Source: a virus. Taken from it: DNA of 64,000 nt. The position numbers and the translations under genes are program-made. The stretch's first letter is position 1, and each line of letters opens with the position of its first letter. Under the pieces are notes generated by a model. That model saw only the letters and a list, made by a program, of their open reading frames with translations, searched no databases and was not told the origin of the DNA. The stretch spans positions 13,391 through 77,390 of IMG/VR virus record IMGVR_UViG_3300031772_004865; one strand, 5' to 3'. Shown piece after piece: positions 30,855 to 42,043 of the stretch.

Positions 30855-31454
30855 TTATTTTCTTCCATTATTTACCTCCTGTAATAAAATTTTAAATATT
30901 TTAGTTTTAAATTTATCTTTTGTTTTACCCACGTTATGAATATAAGAATGACAATTTCTACATAATGTTATTAAATTCTTAATTTCAAAAATTAATTGCC
31001 AATATCTGTTCTTATCTTTAATATGATGAACAATTAATCCTTTATTTTTACCGCATAATTGACATTCATAATTGTCTCTTTCTAATACTTTTTCTCTTAC
31101 TTTTTGATATTTGCCACTACAAAGAATAGAGGAATAATTATGTAAAACTAAATATCTTTCTGTAAATTTACTTTTACGAGGATTTTTCAAAACCGATTTT
31201 CTAATCTTATCTTTTAAATTATTGGACATTTTAATTCCACTACGAGGATTTCCTTTTCCTTTATATTTTTTACTTCGTTCTTTAAGATTACAGTTATAAC
31301 ATCTTTTGTTTCCTAAATGAATTTCTTTACCACAGTTGATACAATATTTGTGTTTTTTATTTTGATGTATTAAATCCATATAACAATTCCAACACATTTT
31401 ATATTTAGATTTTGTTAATAATTTTTTACAGTATTTACAATATGATTTATTCAT
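30855..31454 (-). CDS. Zn-ribbon-array HNH endonuclease
   Basis: CxxC repeats; VLERDNYECQLCG...VHHI...NLITLC..CH. Confidence 0.85.
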   Translation of the reverse strand: MNKSYCKYCKKLLTKSKYKMCWNCYMDLIHQNKKHKYCINCGKEIHLGNKRCYNCNLKERSKKYKGKGNPRSGIKMSNNLKDKIRKSVLKNPRKSKFTERYLVLHNYSSILCSGKYQKVREKVLERDNYECQLCGKNKGLIVHHIKDKNRYWQLIFEIKNLITLCRNCHSYIHNVGKTKDKFKTKIFKILLQEVNNGRK

Positions 31455-32466
31455 TAATCTCCCTTAACAATAATTTCCCTTTTTCTGTAATTAATCTTCC
31501 TCTTGCTAACCTACTTAAATATCCTTCAGAAATTAAAAAACTTTCCTGTAATGTTTGAAAATCTTGTTTAGTTTGTTGAGTTATTATAGCCAAAACTTCG
31601 ACCCCCACAGGTTTATTTATTTCTGCCAAATGTTTCAATACAATTATATCATCTGTCGTAAGGGAATTTTTTACAATTCTATGGGCTTGTAAAACCTGAT
31701 TGATATTTTTACATACCATATAATCGTCGAATAAAGAAATAGAATTTCTTGGATTAAATCTGGTATTAACAGAAAGAATATCATAAATTTCTTCGGGAAC
31801 ATCTGCCTTATAAGTTTGAGAATTATATTGTTTTAAAATTAATTTTATATCTTCTTTTTGATAATGCTCTAAATTTATTTGGCAACCACATCTATCTACC
31901 AAAGGACTGAATTTCTTTTGAAGTGTATTTTTTTCTGTCGTTGCGCCTACAAAAATAAACGCCCTAACTTTAATATCTCCTAAAGGTAAAAGATAATCTT
32001 CCAATAAAGGATACATAAATTCTGCCATTTCTTTTGGTAAAGAATGAATTTCATCAATAAATAAAATATGGTTTCCCCCTTCCTCATTTTCAATAAGAAA
32101 ATCTTTTAAATTTTCCATAGTAAAACTTCCACCAATATAAGTATGAATTTTAAAATCCAAATGATTAGCAAGTATATAAGCAAGGGTTGACTTACCTGTG
32201 CCTTGAGTTCCAGAAATAATAAAATGGACAAATTTTGTGGTCATTATCTTTTGAAGATTTAATCTTACCAATTCCTTTGCCCTATCTTGACCTATGTATT
32301 GTTCTAAATTTTGCGGTCTAAATTGATAGGTCATAGGTTTCACTTGATTAGAATGATAAATTTCCTTATCTTTTTCTTCTGATATAAGGTCTTTGTCGGT
32401 ATCTTTTTTCTTCCCCCAAATCAAATCACCCATTCCAAAAATAAATGCTAATGCTTCGTCAAACAT
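31447..32466 (-). CDS. ruvB: RuvB-like AAA+ branch-migration ATPase
   Basis: RPQNL..YIGQ, GTQGTGKST, LFIDEIH, GATT, PL.DR, PR, C-terminal PVGVE.LA...E.FLI..GYL.R..RGR. Confidence 0.85.
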   Translation of the reverse strand: MFDEALAFIFGMGDLIWGKKKDTDKDLISEEKDKEIYHSNQVKPMTYQFRPQNLEQYIGQDRAKELVRLNLQKIMTTKFVHFIISGTQGTGKSTLAYILANHLDFKIHTYIGGSFTMENLKDFLIENEEGGNHILFIDEIHSLPKEMAEFMYPLLEDYLLPLGDIKVRAFIFVGATTEKNTLQKKFSPLVDRCGCQINLEHYQKEDIKLILKQYNSQTYKADVPEEIYDILSVNTRFNPRNSISLFDDYMVCKNINQVLQAHRIVKNSLTTDDIIVLKHLAEINKPVGVEVLAIITQQTKQDFQTLQESFLISEGYLSRLARGRLITEKGKLLLREINE

Positions 32467-33447
32467 ATTATTTACTCCTTTTTTTATTTGATTATTTTTT
32501 GAAGCAAATCAATAATTATAGATAATTTAGAAGAAATTTCTATCAATCCTAATATAATCATTAACCAACCAATAAATTTTATCATTTCATCTCCTTTATT
32601 AAATTCTATATTTTTTTATAACTTCTTGAATTTCTTTTTCTAATTTAGATTTATCTTCATAACTTATTATAAATTTTTCATTTAATTCTATTTCTGCTTC
32701 AAAATAGTCTAATCTTTTTATTTTCATTTTATCTCCTTATGGCATTTGTGGTTGTTTTTCATAATCATAAATTAAACATTTTTGTTCGTCATTAACTTTA
32801 TAACCTACATCATAATCACTCATTCTTACCCAAATATCCCTGTTCTTATATCTTATTGATATTACTTTTATATCTTTAATAAATGTAACATTAAAATCCC
32901 CAAATTTTTTTCTTATTATCATTCTATCTTTTTTCATAATCTTCTCCTTTTAGCTCTATAAATATATCTTTTTTAATTTCTATGGGTATTCCACGATAAT
33001 TATTTTTTGTATTATACCACGAATTATCCATAATCGGCTCAAGTTCCAATTCAGTAAATAATTTATCTTTTGTTTCTTTATTCATCAGGATTAGGTTAGG
33101 GTAATTATTATTTTTTTGATAATAACCATTTATTTGACTATCCAAACAATCTAACATAGTTCCCATACCTTTGTTTCCTGCCTTAATTTTGGTCATTGTA
33201 GCCTTTTCCTTGCCTTTATCTTATAAAGGGGGTAATAATCTCTTATTTTACTTAATTTAGCCCAAATTACCCTACTTATTACCCTACTTTGCTTTTCTTA
33301 ATTGACTTGCTTGATAACATTCCTTTTCGTTTCCATATTCATCTATCAACAAATAATAAGTCATTTTTGGTAAAACTTCTACTTTTTTAACAAAATAAAC
33401 TTTATCACTTCCTAAAAAATTAACTTTCTCTCCTTTAATATATCTAC

Positions 33448-34050
33448 TCATTTCATCTCCAATAATTTTACTCTATCATCTATTAATTGTAAAAATTTCT
33501 TTTTATTTTTAGTAAATCTTTCTATTTTTAAAATTAAATATTCTAATTTTCTTTGAAAACCTTTAAAAAAATCTTCTCGTTCTTGTGTCCAATCAATTAC
33601 AGTATATTTATCATTAATATAAAAATTATTTTCATTTTCGTATGTGTAGTTTTTTTCACCATTAATATCTGTTTCATATCCAATAGTCCATTCTAATCCT
33701 AAAGCAGTTCCCTCTGTAAAACTAATGTCCTCTTTTCTAAATATACATTTATTTCCCATTTTATCAAATATATAACAAGTAGATTGAAAATTATATACAA
33801 TTACTTTTCTTATTTTGCTAATTCTTTCCTTATAATCTTCTAATTTCTTTTTAAATGCCCTTTCTACTTCATCTAAAGTTTTTGCAAATACTTGTTCTTC
33901 TCTATAAAATTTTGCTATTCTTTCAGGTAAATCTATGGTAAATACCCCATTTTTTGCAGATACTTTAATTATTTTAGTAAAATAACCAAATTTATCTCCA
34001 CTTTCCTTTAATTCCTTTCCCAAATAAATGTTCTCTTTTTTAACTATCAT
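33448..34050 (-). CDS. Hypothetical protein
   Basis: 200 aa ORF with AGGAG RBS. Confidence 0.6.
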   Translation of the reverse strand: MIVKKENIYLGKELKESGDKFGYFTKIIKVSAKNGVFTIDLPERIAKFYREEQVFAKTLDEVERAFKKKLEDYKERISKIRKVIVYNFQSTCYIFDKMGNKCIFRKEDISFTEGTALGLEWTIGYETDINGEKNYTYENENNFYINDKYTVIDWTQEREDFFKGFQRKLEYLILKIERFTKNKKKFLQLIDDRVKLLEMK

Positions 34051-34071
34051 TGTATCTCCTTTTATTCAAAT

Positions 34072-34114
34072 AAAAAACCCGACTACCTATCATTGAGCCG
34101 ATAGATAATCGGGT
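34072..34114 (-). terminator. Intrinsic terminator
   Basis: 15 bp stem ACCCGATTATCTATC/GATAGGTAGTCGGGT (2 G.U pairs, minus-strand specific) plus U tract. Confidence 0.85.
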
Positions 34115-36407
34115 AAATGAATTTCTTAAATCTGCGCCCTAATGAGTTCTCTTTTTTAGTTCAGAGAAGTAATTAAGGACTTTATTTAATTATTTTATTC
34201 TTTTAATGTAACTTCTTCTAATTGAAATTTTTGTTTTAGTAAAACTTTATGCCAAACTACTTTTACTTCTGCAACTTGTTTAGTATTTGAATGATAAGGA
34301 TAATATCCTTTTTCATCAAAAGCAACATAACCATAACCTAAACAAGAAGGACAATTCAAATCTGCGGTATCTGTTTTTACTATTCCGCTTCCTTCACAGT
34401 CAGGACAAACATCAAAATCAATTAACTTTTTAATATTCATTTTTTCATCTCCTTTTCTTAATCAATAATATACGCCTTATAATCAATATGTTCTTTAGCG
34501 TATTCTAATTCTTTTTGAGTTAATTCACAATCGTTAAGCATATCAAACCACGAATAAATCTCAAATTGGCAATCCAATGCTTTTGCTACTTTGTTTAATA
34601 CATAATCTTTATCTACCATTTTACTCTCCTTTATTATTCTACTTCTATTCGTTTTCCACTTTTATCATCAATCATATAAAGTTTATCACTTGACATTAAA
34701 TTACTTTGTGTTTTATAATCAATTCTTCTTACATAACAGGTATTACATTCTGAACAATGATAAGAAATATTATACCACTCTCCTCTATCATCTACATCAT
34801 CTTCTATGAGAGTTACACAACCATTTTTCTCGTAACATTTTTCATTATGACAATTAAACATCTTACTCTCCTTTTTCTAATTTCTCAACTGCTTTTTCTA
34901 TTCCTTTTAGGTGTCTTTTTAATTCAATTAGTATATCTTTTCTTATATCAAAATCTTCTCTAATAATACTTAAATCTAATTTATGTATTCTCCAAGTGCT
35001 ACCATTATTATCTTTTTCTTTTAGTTCTACATCAAATTCATTATCTTCTGCTGTATAAGGCACAAATAAATATAATTCTGTTTTATCCTCTGATAAAAAA
35101 TAATCTGTCGTTCCTATTTGCCAAAAGGTTCTATCGCCCTCATAAGTTTCTCTTTTAAATAATTTCATTTTAAGTTCCTTTCTTATTTACCTAATACAAA
35201 ATTTCTATATTCTTCTCTTGTTTTAAATTGAGGAATTTTTGCCCAATTACTCCCATTATTACACATTAAACAAACATAGGTAATAACTTTAGTATTGTAG
35301 TTTTTACAAGTAATACAACCTTTTTTTAATTCTAATACTTTTTTCATTTATAATTCCTTTCTTGTTATACTAATTCCCATAATTTTTGCGTCTTGTAATG
35401 CGTCTTTTATTGTTCTATATCCTTGCTGTGATAATAATATAAAACTATTATGATATATCATTTTTTTATAATCAAATATCCTATAATCTTTATCACATTT
35501 ACAACAACCATTTTCAAGAATTATGCCTGTTTTTTTCATTTTAATTTCTTTCAAATTCTGTAAAATTACAATCGTCATATTTATCTTTTAAAAAACTTAA
35601 CACATCATCTCTATCTGGTATATTCATAAACATAGCAATAACACTACCATTACAAACAATACCATAAATTAAATCATCTTCATTAAAATTTATTTTTTTC
35701 ATTTTACTTTAAATCCTCTTTTTTCTAAAATCTCACGATAAATTCTATAACACGCTTGGTTCTTATGTCTTTCTATTAATTCTATACAACCCTCTAAACC
35801 CAATTTCTGTATCCATTCATTTAAGTAATTTTCTGCTTTTTTATAAATATCAAATTTAACTACTTCATCTAAATTCCTCACTTCCATTTTATAACTACAT
35901 AAAAAGCAATTCCTATACATTTCAGGTTCTTGTATAAGATTTATTTCTTCCACTTCAATTACTTCTCCACAATGTCGGCACTCTAATTTTATAAGCATTT
36001 TAATTTCTTTTTAATACTGCTATTATATCCCCTTTATAATTTCCTGTATTTTTCGCATTATGCTTTACATAAATATCTCTATAACCTTGTCCAAATTGAT
36101 TTACCATAGATAATACTTTAACATTTTCTTGTCCATAAAATAATAGATAACATCTAATCGCTTTATATTCATCATAAGCATTATCGCTATTTCTATATCT
36201 TTCTTTAAAATCATATCCTTTAATTTTTCTTGCCATTTTTATTCCTCTCTTAAAGTTAATTCTCTTTCTATTTCTAATAATTCCAATAAAGCCCGATGTT
36301 TTTCTTTTGGTAAATAATCTAAAATTATTTTTCCTATCTTTTCGTGCATTTTCATTAAATAATTTGTATTTACTTTATTATAAATTCTTCTCATTTTTTC
36401 TCCTTTA

Positions 36408-37469
36408 TTAAAAATTACCACTAACATTTAATCCATTAGCACTTATACTAATACTTTTTGTATTTCCTTTAGTATCTACCACTTTAGTAATAACAGGAGA
36501 ATTACCAATGCTCTTTTCTAAATTAAATAATCTTGTATTTGTTTTTTCAATTAATTTTTCTTCGTATGATTTACCTATCTTTACAATTATCCTTACTCCT
36601 GCCTCATCTACGCAACCTCTGGTAAAATTTTGGCTTACATAAGGCAATACTGTTAATCTTTTAGTATCTAAAATCCTAACCTCTACCTGCGCCTTAATCT
36701 GTGTGCGTTCAAGTTTTCCTACTCTATCATTCAGGTTATTTATTCTACTTTCGTGGTCATTCAAAATTTGTGAATGATTATTCACTATAACATTGGTATT
36801 ATTTACTCTATTATTTAAATAATTGTCGCCTACTATCCTATTATCTGTTTCTGTATTAATATTATTTTGCAAAGTATTATCTGCATTTTTTCTTTCAGAA
36901 GTTTCGGTATTAATATTTCCTTGCAATAAATTATCTCCTGCGGTTCTATTATCTGTTTCTATGCCTAATAAATTAAATAAATTATTATCACCTAAAATCC
37001 TATTACTAACCTCATCTATTAAAGAATTATTTAATTGAGTATCTGCATTTTGTAAATTAATAACAGTAGTCGGGTCAACATCTAATCCTCTATCGCCCTT
37101 ATCTCCTTTATCCCCTTTGTCGCCCTTTTCTCCTTGTATGCCTTGTTCTCCATTAAGACCATCTTTTCCGTCTAAACCATTCATTCCGTCAATACCGTTT
37201 AATCCGTCAACTCCATTTAAACCATTTTCTCCATTAAATCCGTTAAGACCGTCTATTCCTGCTATCCCCTGTTCTCCTTTTAATTCAGGAACAGTAGTAA
37301 TATTAACCCAACTACCTACATCATTACCACCGTTTTTTATGCCTGTATTAATCAAGATGTAACCTTTATTTCCGTCATTATTATCTTTTACATTTTCGTA
37401 ATTTCCCTCACCAAACGCCAAAGATGTAAATAAAAATAATCCGATTACTACAAAAATTAACTTTTTCAT
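36408..37469 (-). CDS. Secreted collagen-repeat / trimeric coiled-coil protein
   Basis: Signal peptide MKKLIFVVIGLFLFTSLAFG; about 20 Gly-X-Y triplets; repeated ET..R...DN.LQ.NI. Confidence 0.7.
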   Translation of the reverse strand: MKKLIFVVIGLFLFTSLAFGEGNYENVKDNNDGNKGYILINTGIKNGGNDVGSWVNITTVPELKGEQGIAGIDGLNGFNGENGLNGVDGLNGIDGMNGLDGKDGLNGEQGIQGEKGDKGDKGDKGDRGLDVDPTTVINLQNADTQLNNSLIDEVSNRILGDNNLFNLLGIETDNRTAGDNLLQGNINTETSERKNADNTLQNNINTETDNRIVGDNYLNNRVNNTNVIVNNHSQILNDHESRINNLNDRVGKLERTQIKAQVEVRILDTKRLTVLPYVSQNFTRGCVDEAGVRIIVKIGKSYEEKLIEKTNTRLFNLEKSIGNSPVITKVVDTKGNTKSISISANGLNVSGNF

Positions 37470-37897
37470 TATTCCTCCTTATTTTATAAATCTGCAAATG
37501 CCTGTAAAATTTCTTCGGTTATTTTTTCGTCTGCTTCTTTATTTCCCTCAATATCATAAATAGTATTATCAAAATAATCAGGGTTCGTATTATGCGTATG
37601 CTGTAAAGTATATTCTTTTCCTTTGTATTCTACTGCATAAAATTCTTCTCTACTCATTAATTCAAAAATAGGTTTTTCCATTATCCTCTCCTTTTTATAA
37701 TATCAGTTATTAAATCTTCCAAATCATACCAAACTGTATTACCATTTTTACAGTCAAACATTTTTTCGTTACCCATATACTCGGCAATACTCTCTAAAAT
37801 ATCTATTGCTTTTTCTCTTGCGATTTCTAATCCTTTTGGTTTCATTTTATCTCTCCTTTACTTATAGTATAACATATTTTAGGTCATTAAACCAAAT

Positions 37898-38062
37898 TTA
37901 TTTTTTTCTTGCCTTTGCTATTGCCTTTCCCCTGTCTTTCAAATCCAAATAATGCCTAATCTTAATTGCCCTATCCAAAGTGGCTAACATAGAATTTTTA
38001 AATGTTTTACCTGCTCTTTTTTCTTTTAAAACCTGTATATATGCTAATTCAAATAAGTTCAT
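37898..38062 (-). CDS. Small hypothetical protein (paralogue of 41885-42043)
   Basis: MNLFELA...LDRAIKIRHYLD; translated by hand, not in the ORF track. Confidence 0.55.
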   Translation of the reverse strand: MNLFELAYIQVLKEKRAGKTFKNSMLATLDRAIKIRHYLDLKDRGKAIAKARKK

Positions 38063-38073
38063 ATTTAATTTAA

Positions 38074-38670
38074 TCATTTTATTTTTAAGTATTTTATTGC
38101 TTTTAATAATAAATCTTTATTATCATTAAAATTACCAAGTCCACGATTACATTTACCGCATAATAATCCTCTTATTTTTTTAGTTATATGATTATGGTCT
38201 ATTCCTAATCCTTTATTTAAAGGTAGATTTCCACAAATTGCACAAACTCCTTTTTGATTTCTTAATATTTGATTATATTGTTTTATAGTAATTCCATAAC
38301 GATACTGTAATATATAATTTAACCTTTCTTCTTTATGTTTTTGACTATATTTTTTCATATATTCTTTAATTTCTTTTTTATTATTTTTTTGATATAATTG
38401 TTTTTCTTCTTTGTGTTCTTCTCTATATTTTTTATGATATTTATTTCTTTCTACCTTATGTTCTTGATAATATTTTTCGTTTTGTTCTTTATGAGTTTTC
38501 TGCCATTTTTTTCTTTGTTCTAAAATTTCTTTTTTATGAGTTAAACGATATATTTTCATATATTTTTTTATAAACTGATTATAACATTCTTTTGAACAAT
38601 ATTTGTTATTGTTATTCCCTTTTTTAATAAAAATTTTACTACAAATTTGACATTTAACTTGTTTTTCCAT
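38074..38670 (-). CDS. Endonuclease VII-like homing endonuclease
   Basis: YGIT...Y......Q.G.CAIC...IDHNH....RGLLC..CN.GLG. Confidence 0.88.
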   Translation of the reverse strand: MEKQVKCQICSKIFIKKGNNNNKYCSKECYNQFIKKYMKIYRLTHKKEILEQRKKWQKTHKEQNEKYYQEHKVERNKYHKKYREEHKEEKQLYQKNNKKEIKEYMKKYSQKHKEERLNYILQYRYGITIKQYNQILRNQKGVCAICGNLPLNKGLGIDHNHITKKIRGLLCGKCNRGLGNFNDNKDLLLKAIKYLKIK

Positions 38671-39978
38671 TAAAAATTTATCCTTTCTTCTAATCCTGTC
38701 GCTAAATTTCGTATTCTTCCTTGCTTTATGCCCTCTTTTTCTGCCATTTCTAATATATATAATTCTGCTTCTTCTTTATCCTCAAACGCTTTACCTTTAA
38801 TTTCTCCTGTCTTGGTAATTACTCCTGCGTGATATTTCATTTTATTCACTCCAATTTGATAATTCAAATCGCCATAAGAATTTATTTTTAAATCCTATTC
38901 TTTCTAACTTAAACCATAACCATTTAATACATAACCCTTTGTATTGCTTATACTTACCTATATTGAATTTTGTAATTTTTATTTTAAGCATCTCATTTTT
39001 TAAATTAAAAAAGTTAATAAGCACTTCTAACACTATTTATTCTACCTATACCCTCACCTATCGGGTCATCAGGGATTTCTTCATTGTCTATATTCTCATA
39101 AACTCTAATACACGCCTTGCCTAATTCTTCTAATAATCTTACTTTTCTTCCTGTAACTTCTTTAGAAAAATCACTTGCAAATATACTACCTCTTAATCCA
39201 CCGCCTAAATAATTACAACCTGCGCCAAAATTAGTGGGTAATTGATATTCGCTTATATCCAATGCCATAGCAACATCTTTACCAGAAAAACCTAAATTAC
39301 CACCCCTATAACTTATATCACAAATAATACGCCCTATACCTAAATCTTCTAAATCATCATAGGTCTTTACTTTTTTTAAATCTTTTAATGTTATCATTTT
39401 TATCTTCTCCTTTTTTTATTCTGTTACAGTTTCAAACATTTTACCACATTTACTACACTCTAAATGATAATTTCTTGTAATTAAATCTATTATATCATAT
39501 CCATTATTGATAATTTCAGCATTACAACATTCACTTTTTAATTCCTCAACTCTCCATTCACCATACTGCAATAAATACTCTAATTGTTTCTTGGTAGTAT
39601 CTATTTTCCAAAATTTAAAATAATCCCATATACTCAATTCATTATCTTTATCGTCTGTGCCTGTAAAATCAATATCGTGATAATCTGCTAATTCCTCTAC
39701 TATATCTTCTAAAGTTTCAAATATTCTATTTTCTTTCGTGCCTACGCCCTGCAAATCAATTATTTTATACATATTTTACTCCTTTTTATTTCCATTATAA
39801 AAGTTTAATAACTCTGCATTATTAAAAATATGGTCAGCATAATCCGTTCCAGAAGAAATATTAAAATCTTCTAATAATTCTTGATGTTTTTTTGAAGAAA
39901 ACTCTCTATATAAATTTACTAATTCTTGATATAATAAATTTAATTTAAACCATAATTCTTTCATTTTATCCTCTCCTT

Positions 39979-40641
39979 TTATATTTCTGTTTCTAATGCT
40001 TTCTTGGCTTCTAAATATCCAAAATATCCACCTGTTTCTTGTTCTATCTGCTCTTTATCTTTATTATAAATTTCTTTTACAATACAATAACAATCTCCCT
40101 CTAAATATTGACTGTAAATTTCTACTTCTTGCATTAAATATTTTTCTGCTTGAGATTTCTTAATTCCCCATTTTTTTAAATTCTCTTTTGTCAAATAAAT
40201 AAACCCTACTTGTCCGCAATCCCAATCTTTATGCTGTCCAAATCTAAATGTTTTCATACTAATTCCGCTATGGTCATATAAATATAAAGGTAATATACAT
40301 ACTAATCCCATTTCAATTTCTTCAAATAATTCTTGTATTGTATAGTTTCCGTCATTATCTTTACTTGATATTATATTTAATTCTTCTGCAAGAGATAAAA
40401 CAAAATCTTCATAACTACTATAATTATGCTTATCTCCTAAAGAATATCTGCTATGAAAACATATCATAGTAGAATAATTCTCATCTTCTCTTGGGTCTAT
40501 CGGGTCATTATCAAGAGTTAAATATCGTGCTTCAAATCCTGTTTTAGTCTTAACAATTTTTAAACTACTTTCAATAGGTTCAAAAGTAAATTCAAATCCT
40601 TGCTCATCTGTATATTGTGTAGTTACTGTTTTTTTAATCAT
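39979..40641 (-). CDS. Conserved phage hypothetical protein
   Basis: LPLYLYDHSGISM...WDCGQVGFIY...YL.G.CY pattern. Confidence 0.6.
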   Translation of the reverse strand: MIKKTVTTQYTDEQGFEFTFEPIESSLKIVKTKTGFEARYLTLDNDPIDPREDENYSTMICFHSRYSLGDKHNYSSYEDFVLSLAEELNIISSKDNDGNYTIQELFEEIEMGLVCILPLYLYDHSGISMKTFRFGQHKDWDCGQVGFIYLTKENLKKWGIKKSQAEKYLMQEVEIYSQYLEGDCYCIVKEIYNKDKEQIEQETGGYFGYLEAKKALETEI

Positions 40642-41009
40642 TTTATACCTCGCTTTTTATTTAAGTGGTATTCTAATTCTTTTACACTAAATTTATTAAG
40701 GTTAATTTCTAACTTCTCAAAAAGAGGGTCTAATTTCTTAATCTCGGCAATTAATTTATCTTTTTCTGGTTCAGGCGCAGTTAAATCTGTTCTTTGTTTT
40801 TTAAGTGCCTTAATCCTATGCTCTAATTCAATTCTCTCTGGTGTTCCTGCTCTACATTGTAATTTAAGTTTTCTTAATGCTCTGATTTCTTTTTTTAATT
40901 CTTTAGGATTAGTAATTAAAGTATTCCCCTTTTTTATTTCTAATGCCTCATCACTTAATTTAGATTTATTTTTACTGCCTATCGGTCTACCTCTTGCCAT
41001 TATATACAC
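40638..41009 (-). CDS. AT-hook-like DNA-binding protein
   Basis: RGRPIGSKNK; likely start at the internal Met (41000) after AGGAG. Confidence 0.5.
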   Translation of the reverse strand: MYIMARGRPIGSKNKSKLSDEALEIKKGNTLITNPKELKKEIRALRKLKLQCRAGTPERIELEHRIKALKKQRTDLTAPEPEKDKLIAEIKKLDPLFEKLEINLNKFSVKELEYHLNKKRGIK

Positions 41010-41022
41010 TCCTTTTAGTATA

Positions 41023-41051
41023 AGTATAACATAGAATAGTTACCAGAGCAA
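41023..41051 (-). promoter_or_regulatory. Early sigma70 promoter (weaker -35)
   Basis: TTGCTC-N17-TATACT with extended TG. Confidence 0.6.
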
Positions 41052-41266
41052 ATTATTATTGACAATGCTCGGTTATAATTGCTATTTCGTTTTTATGTAT
41101 TTTGCCATAACAACCACAATTCATTTCGGCTTTATGTCCACAATTTTGATATTTTCCGTCTTTTATCCAAACTTGTTTTTCATAGTCATAACTTAATTTT
41201 GTTTTATCTTTACTATAATAATTTCGGCTCATTTTCTCTCACCCCCTCTCTTTTAGTTTCTAATTA

Positions 41267-41295
41267 AGTATAACATATATCTTGTTAATTGTCAA
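41267..41295 (-). promoter_or_regulatory. Early sigma70 promoter
   Basis: TTGACA-N17-TATACT, extended -10 TG. Confidence 0.88.
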
Positions 41296-41884
41296 GTTTA
41301 TTTTTTCTTTATAACTTATTGTCTTACAATAACTTACAAGATTTAGAAAAAATAATTTTTTAATTATTTTTAATTTTTCTGGTCTGCTCATAAATTATAA
41401 AACTATAAATATAAAACCCTAATATAAGTAAAATCATTTTAACCTTTACAATATAATTCTTTTTTTAATGTTTCGTGTCCGTCATCTTTAGAGTTTATAT
41501 ATATAGTAACTAAATTTTTTGTATTACTAACTACTAATATAAGGTCAATATCCTCGCTATAATTTAACCTATAACAAATCTTTTCAGGTTCTTTAGTATC
41601 GGTTAAATAATATTCAAAAATCTGGTCTGTCGCTAATTTTACGCCCTTAATAAATCTTAAAATTGCCTCAATGCCTATTGTCCTATATTTTAAATTGTCT
41701 AAACTATGAGAAGTCCACCGCCAATTTAATCCGTTTAATTGCTCGGTTATGGTTTTTAAACTGCGCCAATGTTCTGGTTCAGTATATACTTTTTTATGGT
41801 ATCTTAACATCTTGCTTTACCTCTCTTAAAATATACCCTCTAACTGCCTCGCCTTGCGCTTAACTCTGGTCTGGTCAATACTTA

Positions 41885-42043
41885 TTACCTGCCTTTTTTA
41901 TATCTGTTTTCTAAAACCTTTTTATTTCTTGTCTGTATATCTAACCACTTGCGAATAGTTATTGCCCTATCTATAATCAAGGTCTGGCTCGGCTCTCGGT
42001 TTTCTCGCCTTAATTCCAATTCTGCTAAATTAAATAGGTTCAT
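41885..42043 (-). CDS. Small hypothetical protein (paralogue of 37898-38062)
   Basis: MNLFNLA...IDRAITIRKWLD; RBS GAGAGG. Confidence 0.55.
   Translation of the reverse strand: MNLFNLAELELRRENREPSQTLIIDRAITIRKWLDIQTRNKKVLENRYKKGR

Noticed and set aside
859-41863. Plus-strand ORFs in the left arm (859, 4406, 7143, 9218, 10035, 14643, 19854, 36823, 40600 and others)
   Set aside because: Antisense to well-supported genes and have no recognisable motifs
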